Shown here in pieces: positions 18,761-20,000 of a DNA stretch of 20,000 bases; position 1 is the stretch's first letter, and every line of letters begins with the position of its first letter. The translations under genes and the position numbers were made by a program. The DNA lies in the NCBI GenBank assembly GCA_963575745.1, contig CAUYUJ010000002.1, positions 2,353,937 through 2,373,936 on the forward strand, read 5' to 3'. Origin of the DNA: Prorocentrum cordatum. Its lineage: Eukaryota. A model generated the notes under the pieces. The model did not search any database and was not told the DNA's origin. It saw nothing but the letters and a program-made list of their open reading frames with translations.

Positions 18761-20000
18761 TGCAGGTCCCTGGCGGTGTGGTGGAGCCTCAGCGTCTTCC
18801 CCCGCTCGTCCCAGATCGAGTCCTCTTTGCGCTCAGGCCACGGATGGGAGCCGTGCGTGGAGGTCTGGGAGCCCATGACGATGTGGTAGAGCTGCTCCTG
18901 CTCCCCGTCGTCTGGGATGGTGGCGGAGACCTTGCTCGGGAGATCGATCGTGGCGACCTTCTCCAGCCAGACGAGGCAGTGGACGTGGGGGCGGCCGCTG
19001 CCGTGGTAGGCGTGCCGCGCGTTGGGCCCGCCGCGCTTGCGCTTGCCGTCTTGGAACTCGATGCGCGCGAACTGCGTGATCACGCGCTGCGTCGGCTTGC
19101 CCTCGGCGTCCTTGCCAGCCAGAACGTGGTGCGTCCACGCTGCGCTCGCCTCGCTCCGCGCCTTCCCCTGGGTGCCAGTCAGCAGCCCAACGATGGCCTG
19201 GGTGAGCACGTGCGAGAGGTGGTAGGTCTCCGCGGCCGGAAGCCACGTGCGCGACCGCAGCGTCCGCCGCATCTCGTCCTCGACCCAGACGTGGAACGGC
19301 GTGGACCACTCCAGCGGCGACAGGGTCACGAACAGGGTCGGGAAGCCCAGCTGGCGCTGCAAATCGATGAGGGCGAAGTGGTAGGTCCGCCAGTACTCGG
19401 GGCTGAAGGACATGCCAGCCAGCGCCAGGCGCATTGGCACCTTGGCAGCGTGCTTCTTGCCCCCCAGTGCCGTCCAGAGCCAGAGGTCGTAGACGAACTG
19501 GGCGAGCTCGGTGTCGGCGCCGTAGCCGATCACGGGCGAGAAGACCTTGGCCGTGTAGCTGCGCTTGAGCGACTGGCGTTTCTTGCCGTCGGCCTCTGCG
19601 TCGTCGCTGTCGGCAGAGTCGTCGCTATTCTCGTCGTCCTGGCCGAAGTGCGCAGCCCGTCGCGCGGCCCGCGTGCGCACCATCCGCCGCTCGTCCAGCA
19701 GGCGGACGTAGGTCTCGCACATGGACACCCTCGGGTACAGGTGGGGCCAGATGGCCGTCTCGATGCCGAGCTGCTCCACGAGGCGCATCGCGAGGCGGCG
19801 CTTCTTCTGTGAGAGGTCGTTGCGGTTCCTGCGGAGGAACCTGTTGTGCAAGCGCATGATGGCGAAGTACGCGCTCTTCTGAGGGTGGGCCAGGTAGTAG
19901 TCCGTGAGCGTGGCCCAGCTGGAGAAGTCCTCCTCGGCGGGGTCGTCGTGCGCCACGAGGTACTCGAGGGCGTCCATGGCCCTGCGCTGGTGGCGCTCGG
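18760..20000 (-). pseudogene. Helitron RepHel N-terminal part: HUH replication initiator domain, frameshifted relative to the helicase, 5' end outside the window
   Basis: GFPTLFVTLSPLEW (motif 1) and RIEFQ...YHGSGRPHVHCLVW (HUH motif 2, HVH at ~18979-18987). The frame is open to the window edge. Coding signal switches frame at ~18760, and no YxxKY/YxxxY motif 3 is visible. Confidence 0.85.

Larger units (their letters stand above)
15922..20000 (-). mobile_element. Helitron-like rolling-circle transposon, 3' portion (runs off the window)
   Basis: Rep (HUH) and PIF1 helicase coding sequence on the minus strand. The downstream end has a hairpin (15962-15993) and an ATTAGGGTTTAGGG dimer (16115-16128) and abuts a telomeric tract. 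The left boundary is inferred. Confidence 0.85.

Noticed and set aside
16751..19812. 712-aa and 350-aa plus-strand ORFs
   Set aside because: Antisense shadows of the GC3-rich RepHel gene.

Overview
This is GC-rich eukaryotic DNA with TTTAGGG telomeric repeats. The repeat type, intron boundaries and Helitron style suggest a dinoflagellate or other alga (inference). Bases 1-4921 hold a frameshifted coiled-coil ORF and a probable three-exon gene of unknown function whose stop codon falls in the first telomeric repeat. Bases 4922-15921 are a head-to-tail array of four non-coding modules (A1 3262 bp, B 1888 bp, C 2622 bp, A2 2953 bp), each bracketed by perfect (TTTAGGG)6-11 tracts. Each module has a left cap with a C-rich/G-rich hairpin centred on TCAA, an internal (TTTAGGG)2, a body of GGGAGCGCYT minisatellite plus a conserved hairpin, a degenerate telomere dimer, and a terminal hairpin ending in CAG. 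Bases 15922-20000 are the 3' part of a minus-strand Helitron-type Rep (HUH)-PIF1 helicase gene. It is frameshifted near 18760 and apparently lacks the catalytic tyrosine motif, and its downstream end has the same cap, hairpin and telomere-dimer architecture as the modules. The best hypothesis is a telomere-repeat-targeting rolling-circle (Helitron2-like) transposon with its non-autonomous derivatives, stacked in tandem. Most long ORFs in 5000-15900 are artefacts of the repeats.
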